Shown here one piece after another: positions 1-8,237 of a stretch of DNA of 16,142 nucleotides. The notes below the pieces were generated by a model. It was not told the DNA's origin. It was given only the letters and a program-made list of their open reading frames with translations, and searched no databases. The first letter of the stretch is position 1. Each line of letters opens with the position of its first letter. Position numbers and translations under genes: made by a program. Origin of the DNA: Verrucomicrobiota bacterium (GTDB lineage: Bacteria; Verrucomicrobiota; Lentisphaeria; Lentisphaerales; Lentisphaeraceae); NCBI GenBank assembly GCA_039798785.1, contig JBDKFG010000088.1, positions 1 to 16,142 of the forward strand, written 5' to 3'.

Positions 1-94
1 GCGCCTGACGCATGACTCGGGGACAGCGTGACTCGCTATGTCTTCACTGTCAAGGACTTTCACCTTTTACTCCTTGCCGGTTTCTCCGGCGCAC
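1..94 (-). mobile_element. 5' end (start of domain I) of a group II intron; the rest lies beyond the left edge
   Basis: The reverse complement reads GTGCG-CCGGAGAAACCGGC-AAGGAGTAAAAGGTGAAAGTCCTT-GACAGTGAAGACATAGCGAGTCACGCTGTC-CCCGAGTCATGCG. It has the GUGYG 5' splice consensus (first G at 94) and a GCCGG/CCGGC hairpin (76-90). It also has a GGTGAAAGTCC motif (54-64) and a GACAG/CTGTC-closed stem (22-51) with an internal AGC (epsilon'-like). Domains V/VI and the RT ORF are not in the window. Confidence 0.85.
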
Positions 95-232
95 TCATGG
101 GCTTGCGTTTCAACCTTTCAACCCGGTTCGATGTCGCTACTGCGGTATTTAGGATAAAGCTCAGTGGGCTGACGCTTGAGAATGTCCATCTGGGTTATTG
201 TTAACTAAGTACCTCGCTTGATCACGTCACTT

Positions 233-252
233 TGACCATCCCCGAATGGTCA
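233..252. promoter_or_regulatory. Inverted repeat TGACCAT-N6-ATGGTCA, candidate operator upstream of the glycan cluster
   Basis: Perfect 7-bp arms in the intergenic region. It overlaps a -35-like TTGACC (232-237). The function is inferred. Confidence 0.3.
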
Positions 253-416
253 GTACACCGGACGCTTGAATAAAAAGAAAAGATCCGCGTGTTTCTCGTC
301 TCGTTTTCCCTCCAAGCTGGTAAATCGATATCTGTGGAGGCTGTCATTCCTTCACGACTTGCGGCGTTTTAGAAATGCATCGACACGAAAGATGCGTCAT
401 GACGATCCCTCACGGA

Positions 417-567
417 GCTGTGGCCATTCGCCGGCGCAGAAGACACATCCCAGTGGAATTTTCGAGAACAGCACAAAGGAATGCAAGATGAACAAGAAAT
501 TGAGACAGCTTTTGCTTCTGGGGCTCGCGGCGCTGTGGCCATTCGCCGCCGCTGCAGAAGATGCATC
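417..567 (+). repeat. Imperfect direct repeat: the leader holds a copy of the signal-peptide-coding segment of the large GH gene
   Basis: GCTGTGGCCATTCGCCG occurs exactly at 417-433 and 532-548. Both copies are followed by GCAGAAGA..CATC. Confidence 0.7.
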
Positions 568-3500
568 GAAAGACAAAGTCCGGATTGACTCGCCGCAATA
601 TGGCGTCGTGTACAATGCCTCGCGAGGAGAGTTTTCCATCGAAGCGAAGCCTTCTGGAAAACTCTTCGTCCCGGCTGGCCGCTTGGCTGGCGGGGTGGGG
701 AAAGCCACATCGATCCCCGTCAACGACTCGAAATTTGGCGTCGGACAAGGACTGGAGATCCGTTTCGACTCAGGCCATCGCAGCCTCATCGCCATTTATC
801 CCGGTTTGCCCTTCGTGTTGATCAAAAGCCAGCTCCACAACAGCGCCAAAAACGCGCAAGAGCTCAATAAAGTCGAGCTGTTATCCTCCTCTCTGGATCT
901 GGGCTTGGCACACGACAAGATCCAGACGCTTGGCACGGGAGGGCTCTTCCCCCCCGCCAAAAACCCGGGCAGCTATGCCTTCCTAGCCCTTGCCGATCCC
1001 GCAACTCGAGCCGGCGTCGTCGGAGGCTGGTTGACTCATGAGCGCGGCAGTGGCGTGCTTTTCTCCCCCGTCAAGGATGGCGTAGTCAGCCTGCAAGCCC
1101 GGATTGATTACGGCTGCCTGCGAATCCAACCCGGAGCCGATGCGGAAACGGAAACCTTGGCGATTGGCTATTTCGATGACGCCCGTTTCGGTCTGGAAGC
1201 CTATGCCGACGCCATCGCCAAGGTCTATGCAGTTAAACTTCCTCCCAAACAAGTCGGCCATTGCACCTGGTACATGGAAAAACATGGCTTCTCGTGCGAT
1301 GAGAAACATCTGCAAGAGTTGACCGCCTATGCCAGCAAGAATCTGAAGCCGTTCGGCTTTGATTTCATCCAGATCGATGACGGCTGGCAGGACGGGAAAA
1401 GCAAGAACGGCCCCAATAAGAATTTCACCACCCACCGTTCTGGTGGCGCATACCGCAGCGGGATGAAGGCGACAGCCGACAACATCGCTAAGTCTGGTCT
1501 CATACCCGGGATCTGGTTCATGCCGTTTGCCGGCACCTGGGATGACCCATTTTTTGCCGACAAACAGGACTGGTTTGTCAAAACGCTCGACGGCAAGCCT
1601 TACGATACCTCCTGGGGTGGTACCTGTTTGGACATGACCAACCCGATCGTCCAAAACTATGTCCGCGACATGGTCAAACGCATCTCGAATGAGTGGGGAT
1701 ACAAGTTCTTCAAGATGGACGGCTATTGGACCGGCAGCGGCACCAAGCAGATCTACGTCAACAATGGCTACCACGAAGACGGCATGGGCGATGCCGTCTT
1801 CCATGATAAGAGCAAGACCAATATCGAAGCCATGCGGATGGGGACGAAATTGATCCGCGAGGCGGTCGGCCCGGAGGTCTTCCTGCTTGGCTGCTGCGTC
1901 TCCCAGAACATGCGCTCCTTCGGCGGCACCTTCGGCTTGCTCGACGCCATGCGCGTCGGCCCCGACACCGGCGCCGATCAGATCGGCGCGCCTCACGCCT
2001 CGCGCTTGTGGTTCCTCAATGGCCGGGTCTGGTGGAACGACCCCGATTGCGTCTCGGTCAGGAAATCCGTGACCATCGAGCAGGCTCGTCTGAACGCTTC
2101 GTTCACCAACATGTCGGACACCCTTTTCTACAACAGTGACTGGATGCCTGACTTCCCGGCGGATCGTCTGGATATTATGCGCTGTTGCATGACAGCCCAT
2201 AATCTGCCCTCGCGCCCGGTCGACGTCTTTGAAAACCAGCCGGCTAGAATCTGGCACCTGCCAGCCGCCAATCGCAAGGAACGCCGGGACCTGGTCGCCC
2301 TCTACAACTGGGACAAGAAGAAGCCATTGACAATCTCCTGCCCGGTTGACCGGATCGGCCTGCCCAAGGCCGATGAGTATGTGGGGTTTGAGTTTTGGAC
2401 CAAGAAATTCATTCCGCCGTTTAAAGGGACGTTCACCTGCGACCTGTCGCGCGGCCCCGTCGCCCGGATCGTGTCGGTCAAACCCGTGACCGGTTATCCC
2501 GTACTCATCAGCACCTCACGCCATATGACGCAAGGAATTGTGGATGTAACGGATGAAACATGGGACCTGGAAAACTCCCGATTGTCCGCCACCAGCCAGC
2601 TGGTGGCGGATGATCCCTATGAAATTCGGATCGTCGTCCCCTTGGGACAACAATCATGGAAAGCCGCAAAAATCACCGTCTCGGCAGAGGATGCGGCCGC
2701 AGGAGTCAAAGCGGAACTCAAGCAAGATGGTCCGAAGGTCTTCGCTGTTATCAACAGCCCCGCCAGCCGCAAGGTGAAGTGGGACTTGTCCTTTGAGCGA
2801 GCTCCAGTTTCAGCCAGCCCGGCCAAAGCCGTCACCAATCTCCAGGCGAAAGCCGGATACGGGCAGTTCACCTTGACTTGGGATGAAACCGGCGACGAAG
2901 GCTATCGCATCACTCGCGATGACGGGAAAGTCTTTATCACAATGGGGAATGTATTCTTCGACGACAGCTTCACCAAGGCTGAATCCATTTCTTACAGCGT
3001 CGAGGCACTGAACTACGAAGGTAACCCCGGAAAGCCGACCAGTATCAAAGCCGTCCCCGCAGGCATCCCCACCAAACCAGAAAAGCCGACCGTTTACCTT
3101 GAAGATCTTAAGTTGCACTATGCCCTCAATGATTATGTGAAACCCAGCATTAAGAAAAACATCTCCGGCCAGCCCTTGTCGGTCGGCGGGGTCACATACG
3201 AACATGGGCTCGGCGTGCATGCCAGATCGTGGACCCATTGTGCCATCCCGGCCAACTCAACGCGCTTCGTGGCTGTGGTCGGACTTGATGACAAAGTCAA
3301 GGACAACCCACACACTAGCGTGGTGTTCGAAGTTTATGGTGATGTCAAGGAAATGGGGGAAGAGCCGAAACTCCTGGGAAGATCTCCGGAATTATCGAAA
3401 GAAACCATCGCCGAATGGAGTTTCGACATCGAATTGAACAGTCGCTACAAGGAGTTGCGCCTGATGGTCAGCGATGCGGATGATGGCATCGCCGGCGATC

Positions 3501-5605
3501 ACGCCAACTGGGTGGACGCCGGGTTCGTGACTGGCAAAACGGCGGCGAACGGTGTGGTTCCGGCCGCTCAGTTGGTGGATATGTCCCGCCGCGCCGACGA
3601 GCTCAAAGCTCTCCGCTGGGGAATGTTCATCTGCTGGAGCCTTTCGACTTTCTCCGGTCAGGAATGGCGTTCAGATGTGAAGGATGTCGCGTATTTCCGC
3701 GCCAAAGAGGTGGATCCCGAGCAGTGGGTGAAGACCGCCAAGGAAGCTGGCATGGGATATGTTTTATTCCGGGTGAAGGATCAGGATGGTTTCTGCCTCT
3801 GGGATACCAAGACCACCGACCGCAAAGTCACCAAAGCACCGCTTGGCCGGGATGTGCTGGGCGAGCTGCGCAAAGCCTGCGATAAACACGGCATCAAACT
3901 GGCCCTCTGTTTTTCCCAAGGTGAATTTAGCCAGCATAAAGAATTCCACCCCGCCGGCGGCTACACTCCGGAGATGCAAAAGGCACAGTTGACGGAACTG
4001 CTGACGCAATACGGCCCGATCGAGTTCCTCTGGTGCGATCATGCGCTCGGCAACGGCGGCCTCAATCACGCCAAGCTCGCCGCATTCGTGAAATCGTTCC
4101 AGCCTGGATGCTTCGTCGGATTCAGTGGCGGCGACCCAAAGGGCGCGGACATCCGCCTGGATGAGGAGACGGGCGCGGCGAGCCTGCTGGCAGACAAGCC
4201 CGCGGACGGCGCTGCCAGTTATCGTTTGGCGGCGTTCACCTACCCGATTCTGCCGGCGCACCAGGGCGGCGCGGTCTGGTACTACTCCCTGCCCAAGCAC
4301 GACACGCTCTGCCATCCGGCGGAAAAGCTGTATTCGGATTACCTCGATGCGGTGAAGCACGGCAATCTTTTCTCCCTCAATGTCGGACCGGACTATGACG
4401 GCAAGCTGCGCGCAGTCGATGTTGCCACGCTCCGCAACGTTGGCGAGATGATTCGCACCCAGGCCCCGGAATCGCCGGACATCGCCAAGAAAAAGCTTCG
4501 CCGCAATCAGTCAGACCAGAAATGGCGGCAGGATAAATTCATGATCCTGGCCTTCGGCGGTCCGACGAACGATGCTCTCGCCGATGCCTACGCCAAGGCA
4601 GGGTTCAACACTGTGCTGACCAAGGTTGAGCACCTCGATCTTTGCGCCAAATACGGACTGCGCTCCGTGGTCAAGGATGCGACTCCCGCACAGGCCGCCA
4701 ACTTCCGTGAGCACCCCGGCGTCTACGGCTGGTGGGTCCAAGATGAACCGATCAAGAAGGAGTGGGTCAACGTCGGGCAGATGACGGACGCCTTCCATGA
4801 AGCCGATCCCCATCATCCTGCCTACGTCAATCTGGCAGGGTGGGAAAACCTCGACGCCTACTTCAGAATCGTGAAACCCTGGTTCCTGAGTTTCGATGTC
4901 TATCAATGGTGGCACGGAGGGTCCGATGTGCCGTCAACTGACGCCTACTGCAGCGAACTCGAACGACACCGGATCGCCGCCCTCAAAGCCAATGTCCCTC
5001 TTTTCTGCTGGGTCGAATCCAACGCCGACTGGCGCTACGCCAACGGCGTCGCAGGTGCCGGATATCTGGCCGACAACGCCGCCATGATGAGGCACAGCGT
5101 CTGGCTGGCGCTCGTTCACGGATCGAAAGGCATCCAATGGTTCACTGCCGGCCTGGTTTTCGACAAGAATGGCAAGCTTCTCCGCTCGGGTGAAGATGTG
5201 AAAGCGATCAACAAGGAACTTGGAGCGCTGGGGCCGATACTCATGACGCTGCGATGCGACAAAGTGTACCACACCAAGCCGGTTCCCAAGGGATCTGTTG
5301 CCATATCTCCGGACTGCGAATTCGCCAGTCCCGACGCTGATGTCAGCTTCGGCATCTTCACCGGAGATGCGGACATGAAGCATGTCATCGTAATGAACCG
5401 AGAGATAAAGCCGGGCGCAATTAACGCCATGCGGAATATCACCGTCGATTTCAAGAAGCCACTCGCAATCGAAAGATTCAATGTCGATACCGGCTCGTGG
5501 GAAGCTCTGGCCATCAAAAACGGAGACGGGAAATACTCGATATCCATCGACCTCCTTTCCGGCGCAGGTGCCCTCATCCGCTGCCGCAACCTGAACGAAA
5601 GATGA
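488..5605 (+). CDS. Exported multimodular glycoside hydrolase: GH36/GH27-like alpha-galactosidase + FN3-like + NPCBM/NEW2 (CBM51) + GH29-like + clan GH-A-like domain
   Basis: Start moved from TTG 266 to ATG 488 because of AAGGA at 476-480 and a signal peptide (MNKKLRQLLLLGLAALWPFAAAA-ED). Clan GH-D motifs: IQIDDGWQ (from 1367), KMDG (Asp 1718-1720), RVGPD (Asp 1964-1966) and WNDPD. NPCBM-like motifs: YEHGLGVHA, VVGLDD and GDHANWVDA (~3090-3530). GH29-like motifs: WGMFICW, DGFCLWDT, WCD and LNVGPD (~3600-4450). C-terminal barrel: GWWVQDEP, SFDVY, WVES and GSKGIQWF (~4520-5600). Confidence 0.9.
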   Translation: MNKKLRQLLLLGLAALWPFAAAAEDASKDKVRIDSPQYGVVYNASRGEFSIEAKPSGKLFVPAGRLAGGVGKATSIPVNDSKFGVGQGLEIRFDSGHRSLIAIYPGLPFVLIKSQLHNSAKNAQELNKVELLSSSLDLGLAHDKIQTLGTGGLFPPAKNPGSYAFLALADPATRAGVVGGWLTHERGSGVLFSPVKDGVVSLQARIDYGCLRIQPGADAETETLAIGYFDDARFGLEAYADAIAKVYAVKLPPKQVGHCTWYMEKHGFSCDEKHLQELTAYASKNLKPFGFDFIQIDDGWQDGKSKNGPNKNFTTHRSGGAYRSGMKATADNIAKSGLIPGIWFMPFAGTWDDPFFADKQDWFVKTLDGKPYDTSWGGTCLDMTNPIVQNYVRDMVKRISNEWGYKFFKMDGYWTGSGTKQIYVNNGYHEDGMGDAVFHDKSKTNIEAMRMGTKLIREAVGPEVFLLGCCVSQNMRSFGGTFGLLDAMRVGPDTGADQIGAPHASRLWFLNGRVWWNDPDCVSVRKSVTIEQARLNASFTNMSDTLFYNSDWMPDFPADRLDIMRCCMTAHNLPSRPVDVFENQPARIWHLPAANRKERRDLVALYNWDKKKPLTISCPVDRIGLPKADEYVGFEFWTKKFIPPFKGTFTCDLSRGPVARIVSVKPVTGYPVLISTSRHMTQGIVDVTDETWDLENSRLSATSQLVADDPYEIRIVVPLGQQSWKAAKITVSAEDAAAGVKAELKQDGPKVFAVINSPASRKVKWDLSFERAPVSASPAKAVTNLQAKAGYGQFTLTWDETGDEGYRITRDDGKVFITMGNVFFDDSFTKAESISYSVEALNYEGNPGKPTSIKAVPAGIPTKPEKPTVYLEDLKLHYALNDYVKPSIKKNISGQPLSVGGVTYEHGLGVHARSWTHCAIPANSTRFVAVVGLDDKVKDNPHTSVVFEVYGDVKEMGEEPKLLGRSPELSKETIAEWSFDIELNSRYKELRLMVSDADDGIAGDHANWVDAGFVTGKTAANGVVPAAQLVDMSRRADELKALRWGMFICWSLSTFSGQEWRSDVKDVAYFRAKEVDPEQWVKTAKEAGMGYVLFRVKDQDGFCLWDTKTTDRKVTKAPLGRDVLGELRKACDKHGIKLALCFSQGEFSQHKEFHPAGGYTPEMQKAQLTELLTQYGPIEFLWCDHALGNGGLNHAKLAAFVKSFQPGCFVGFSGGDPKGADIRLDEETGAASLLADKPADGAASYRLAAFTYPILPAHQGGAVWYYSLPKHDTLCHPAEKLYSDYLDAVKHGNLFSLNVGPDYDGKLRAVDVATLRNVGEMIRTQAPESPDIAKKKLRRNQSDQKWRQDKFMILAFGGPTNDALADAYAKAGFNTVLTKVEHLDLCAKYGLRSVVKDATPAQAANFREHPGVYGWWVQDEPIKKEWVNVGQMTDAFHEADPHHPAYVNLAGWENLDAYFRIVKPWFLSFDVYQWWHGGSDVPSTDAYCSELERHRIAALKANVPLFCWVESNADWRYANGVAGAGYLADNAAMMRHSVWLALVHGSKGIQWFTAGLVFDKNGKLLRSGEDVKAINKELGALGPILMTLRCDKVYHTKPVPKGSVAISPDCEFASPDADVSFGIFTGDADMKHVIVMNREIKPGAINAMRNITVDFKKPLAIERFNVDTGSWEALAIKNGDGKYSISIDLLSGAGALIRCRNLNER

Positions 5606-5617
5606 CAGGAAATCAAA

Positions 5618-8122
5618 ATGAAAAATATCGTCTTGCCACTCGCCTCCATGCTAATTCCGATGTTATTACCAGTGCATGCCGCTGAGACAGCACCATCAAT
5701 GGTCGTTGCCGAAGCTTTGTCAGTGGAAGCGGCACCCAAGGTCCGCCGGATTGAAAACTTCAACCGGGATTGGAAATTTGCTAAAGGCCAGCAGGCAGGG
5801 GCGGAATCGGTAAGCTTTGACGATTCAGGCTGGCAGCCGGTGCGTCTGCCCCACGACTGGGCCATCAGCGGCCCTTATGATCCGAAGAGCGATGCCAACA
5901 CCGGCAAGCTGCCATGGAAGGGAGAAGGATGGTATCGGAAATCGTTCGCCGTAGCCGCCACCGACAAAGGCAAACGCGCCTACCTTGATTTCGATGGCGT
6001 GATGGCCATGCCCACGGTTTACATCAATGGACAGAAGGCTGGCGGCTGGGATTACGGCTATATGTCCTTCCGGATTGACGCCACCGAGCTGCTCAAGCCT
6101 GGCCAAATCAACACTGTTGCGGTTCACGTTGATACCCGTCCCCATCAGTCCCGCTGGTACCCCGGCGCAGGCATCTACCGTAAAGTTCAACTCGTTTTCA
6201 ACGAGCCAATCCATATCGCGCACTGGGGCACCTTCGTCACCACGCCAGAAGTGGATGCCGGTTCGGCGACGGTCAAGGTGGAGGTCACGGTGGAAAACCA
6301 TGCAACGGCGGCAGACATAGAGGTCGAAACCGTTTTGCGCGATCCAAACGGAAAACAAGTAGCCGCATCACGTGAGAAAAAAAACATTGTGGCCGGGAAA
6401 AACGCCGTGGTCACCTCCATTTCCCAAGTAAGCCAGCCGCTCCTGTGGGATGTCGAGTCCCCGCGACTTTATGTTGCCGAGACCCGCGTCCATGCCGGTG
6501 GCAAGCTCGTGGATGTGGTGGAATCGCCATTTGGAATCCGCACCTTCAAGTTCACGGCTAACGACGGCTTTCACCTGAACGGCAGGCGGGTTCAGCTCAA
6601 GGGAGTCAACCTGCACTCGGACCTGGGCCCGCTGGGCATGGCGTTCAACACCCGGGCCATGGAACGCCAACTCGAGATCCTGCAGGACATGGGAGTCAAC
6701 GCCGTCCGGACCAGCCACAACCCGCCGGCGCCGGAGCTGTTGGATTTGTGCGACCGCATGGGCATGGTAGTCTGGAATGAGGCGTTCGACAAATGGGACG
6801 GCACGGCGACCTTGCCCAAGGGAGTCACCATTCCGGAGCACGGACAGAAACAGTTTGCGAATTTCATCCGGCGCGACCGCAACCATCCTTGTGTAGTGGT
6901 GTGGAGCGTGGGTAACGAAATTGCGGATTTAGAAGAGCTGAAGTACCCGGACTCGCCGGGCCTGTTGAAAACAATGGTGGGTTTTATCAAGGCCCTGGAC
7001 TCGACCCGCCCGGTAGCTTTGGGGCACTGCATTCCCAGTTCGGCCAAGTCGCCATTACAGGGCGAGTTGGACGTGACGGGCTGGAACTACGCCCGCCGCT
7101 ATGCATCGACCCGCGAACGGTTCCCCAACCTTCCGATCGTTTACAGCGAATCCGCCTCCGCCTTCAGCACCCGCGGCTACTACGATGATTTCCCCATGCC
7201 CGCAAAAAAGGACGATTTCCCCATCACCGCACGGATTAGTTCCTACGACCACAATGCCGCGTTTTACTCGGACCCGGCGGATGTCGAGTTCGCGCTCATG
7301 GAAAAGGATCGCTATGTGGCGGGTGAATTTGTCTGGACTGGATTCGATTACCTGGGCGAGCCAGTTCCATTTGTGGCGGACAAGAACGATTTCACCAAAC
7401 GCAAGTTGACCAAGGAAGAGGAATCGCGAATCAGCTCTTTCGGCATCGTCGACATCGCAGGGATGCCCAAGGATCGCTTCTATCTTTACCGCAGCCACTG
7501 GGCGCCGGAAAAGAAAACCATCCACATCCTGCCACATTGGAACTGGCCCGAACGCCTCGGCAAGAATGTGCCTGTTTACGTATACACCAACGGCGACTCG
7601 GCGGAATTGTTCCTGAATGGCAGATCGCTCGGCAAACGCACCAAGAACCCTCACGCCGAAGTGCTCCGGGACCGATATGGCTTGCGCTGGCTCGATGTTC
7701 CTTATGAACCTGGTGAACTCAAGGCTCTTGCCTGGCAGAGCGGACAAGCGCTTGGCAGCGCGGTTGTCCGTACCGCCAGTGAACCAACCCGGATTCGCTT
7801 GAGTCCGGACCGCGCCAAACTGAAAGCAGACGGAGATGATCTCAGCTATGTGCTGGTCGAAGCCCTGGATAAAGACGGCAATCTCTGCCCGCTGGCCATG
7901 AACGAGATCAGCTTTTCAGTGGAAGGTCCCGCCATAATCGCCGGCGTGGCCAATGGCGATCATCATTTTCCGGCCGAATTCACCACCAATCGTGTCTCCC
8001 TTTTCTACGGCAAGGCCATGCTAGTACTACGAACGCGCGAGGGCCAAGGCGGTGCAATCCAGCTGACTGCCACCAGCCGCGGCTTGAATAGCTCAGAAGC
8101 GAAATTTCACTCGGGTCATTGA
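5618..8122 (+). CDS. GH2 glycoside hydrolase (beta-galactosidase-like), exported
   Basis: AGGA RBS at 5607-5610 and a signal peptide ending VHA-AE. GH2 motifs: LPHDW, GWYRK, SRWYPGAGIYR, RTSHNPP, RDRNHPCVVVWSVGNE (acid/base Glu), YSES (nucleophile position) and GEFVWTGFDYLGE. Confidence 0.93.
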   Translation: MKNIVLPLASMLIPMLLPVHAAETAPSMVVAEALSVEAAPKVRRIENFNRDWKFAKGQQAGAESVSFDDSGWQPVRLPHDWAISGPYDPKSDANTGKLPWKGEGWYRKSFAVAATDKGKRAYLDFDGVMAMPTVYINGQKAGGWDYGYMSFRIDATELLKPGQINTVAVHVDTRPHQSRWYPGAGIYRKVQLVFNEPIHIAHWGTFVTTPEVDAGSATVKVEVTVENHATAADIEVETVLRDPNGKQVAASREKKNIVAGKNAVVTSISQVSQPLLWDVESPRLYVAETRVHAGGKLVDVVESPFGIRTFKFTANDGFHLNGRRVQLKGVNLHSDLGPLGMAFNTRAMERQLEILQDMGVNAVRTSHNPPAPELLDLCDRMGMVVWNEAFDKWDGTATLPKGVTIPEHGQKQFANFIRRDRNHPCVVVWSVGNEIADLEELKYPDSPGLLKTMVGFIKALDSTRPVALGHCIPSSAKSPLQGELDVTGWNYARRYASTRERFPNLPIVYSESASAFSTRGYYDDFPMPAKKDDFPITARISSYDHNAAFYSDPADVEFALMEKDRYVAGEFVWTGFDYLGEPVPFVADKNDFTKRKLTKEEESRISSFGIVDIAGMPKDRFYLYRSHWAPEKKTIHILPHWNWPERLGKNVPVYVYTNGDSAELFLNGRSLGKRTKNPHAEVLRDRYGLRWLDVPYEPGELKALAWQSGQALGSAVVRTASEPTRIRLSPDRAKLKADGDDLSYVLVEALDKDGNLCPLAMNEISFSVEGPAIIAGVANGDHHFPAEFTTNRVSLFYGKAMLVLRTREGQGGAIQLTATSRGLNSSEAKFHSGH

Positions 8123-8237
8123 GATGAATGAATCACATGTCGTCCATCCTTAAGTACAGGTGGAATTACTACAAATTTATTTCAATCCATGTCAACCTCG
8201 TCGCTTAGTCATGAAATCAACAGCAAAGGAACCAGCA

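Noticed and set aside
199..212. GTTAACTAAGTAC, resembling the enterobacterial trp operator/-10 region
   Set aside because: The match is partial, the dyad symmetry is incomplete, there is no trp context, and no well-spaced -35 is present.
266..487. 74-aa N-terminal extension of the large ORF from TTG 266
   Set aside because: It has no RBS, does not look protein-like, and would bury the clear signal peptide. ATG 488 has a good RBS.
983..2257. 424-aa minus-strand ORF and the many other antisense or alternate-frame ORFs in the track
   Set aside because: They overlap motif-supported + strand genes and have no recognisable motifs. Such shadow ORFs are expected in GC-rich coding DNA.
8160..8237. 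GTG 8160 start of the fucosidase (and likewise ATG 10049 for the next gene)
   Set aside because: Downstream ATGs (8238, 10079) have better RBS spacing and place the signal peptide at the N-terminus.
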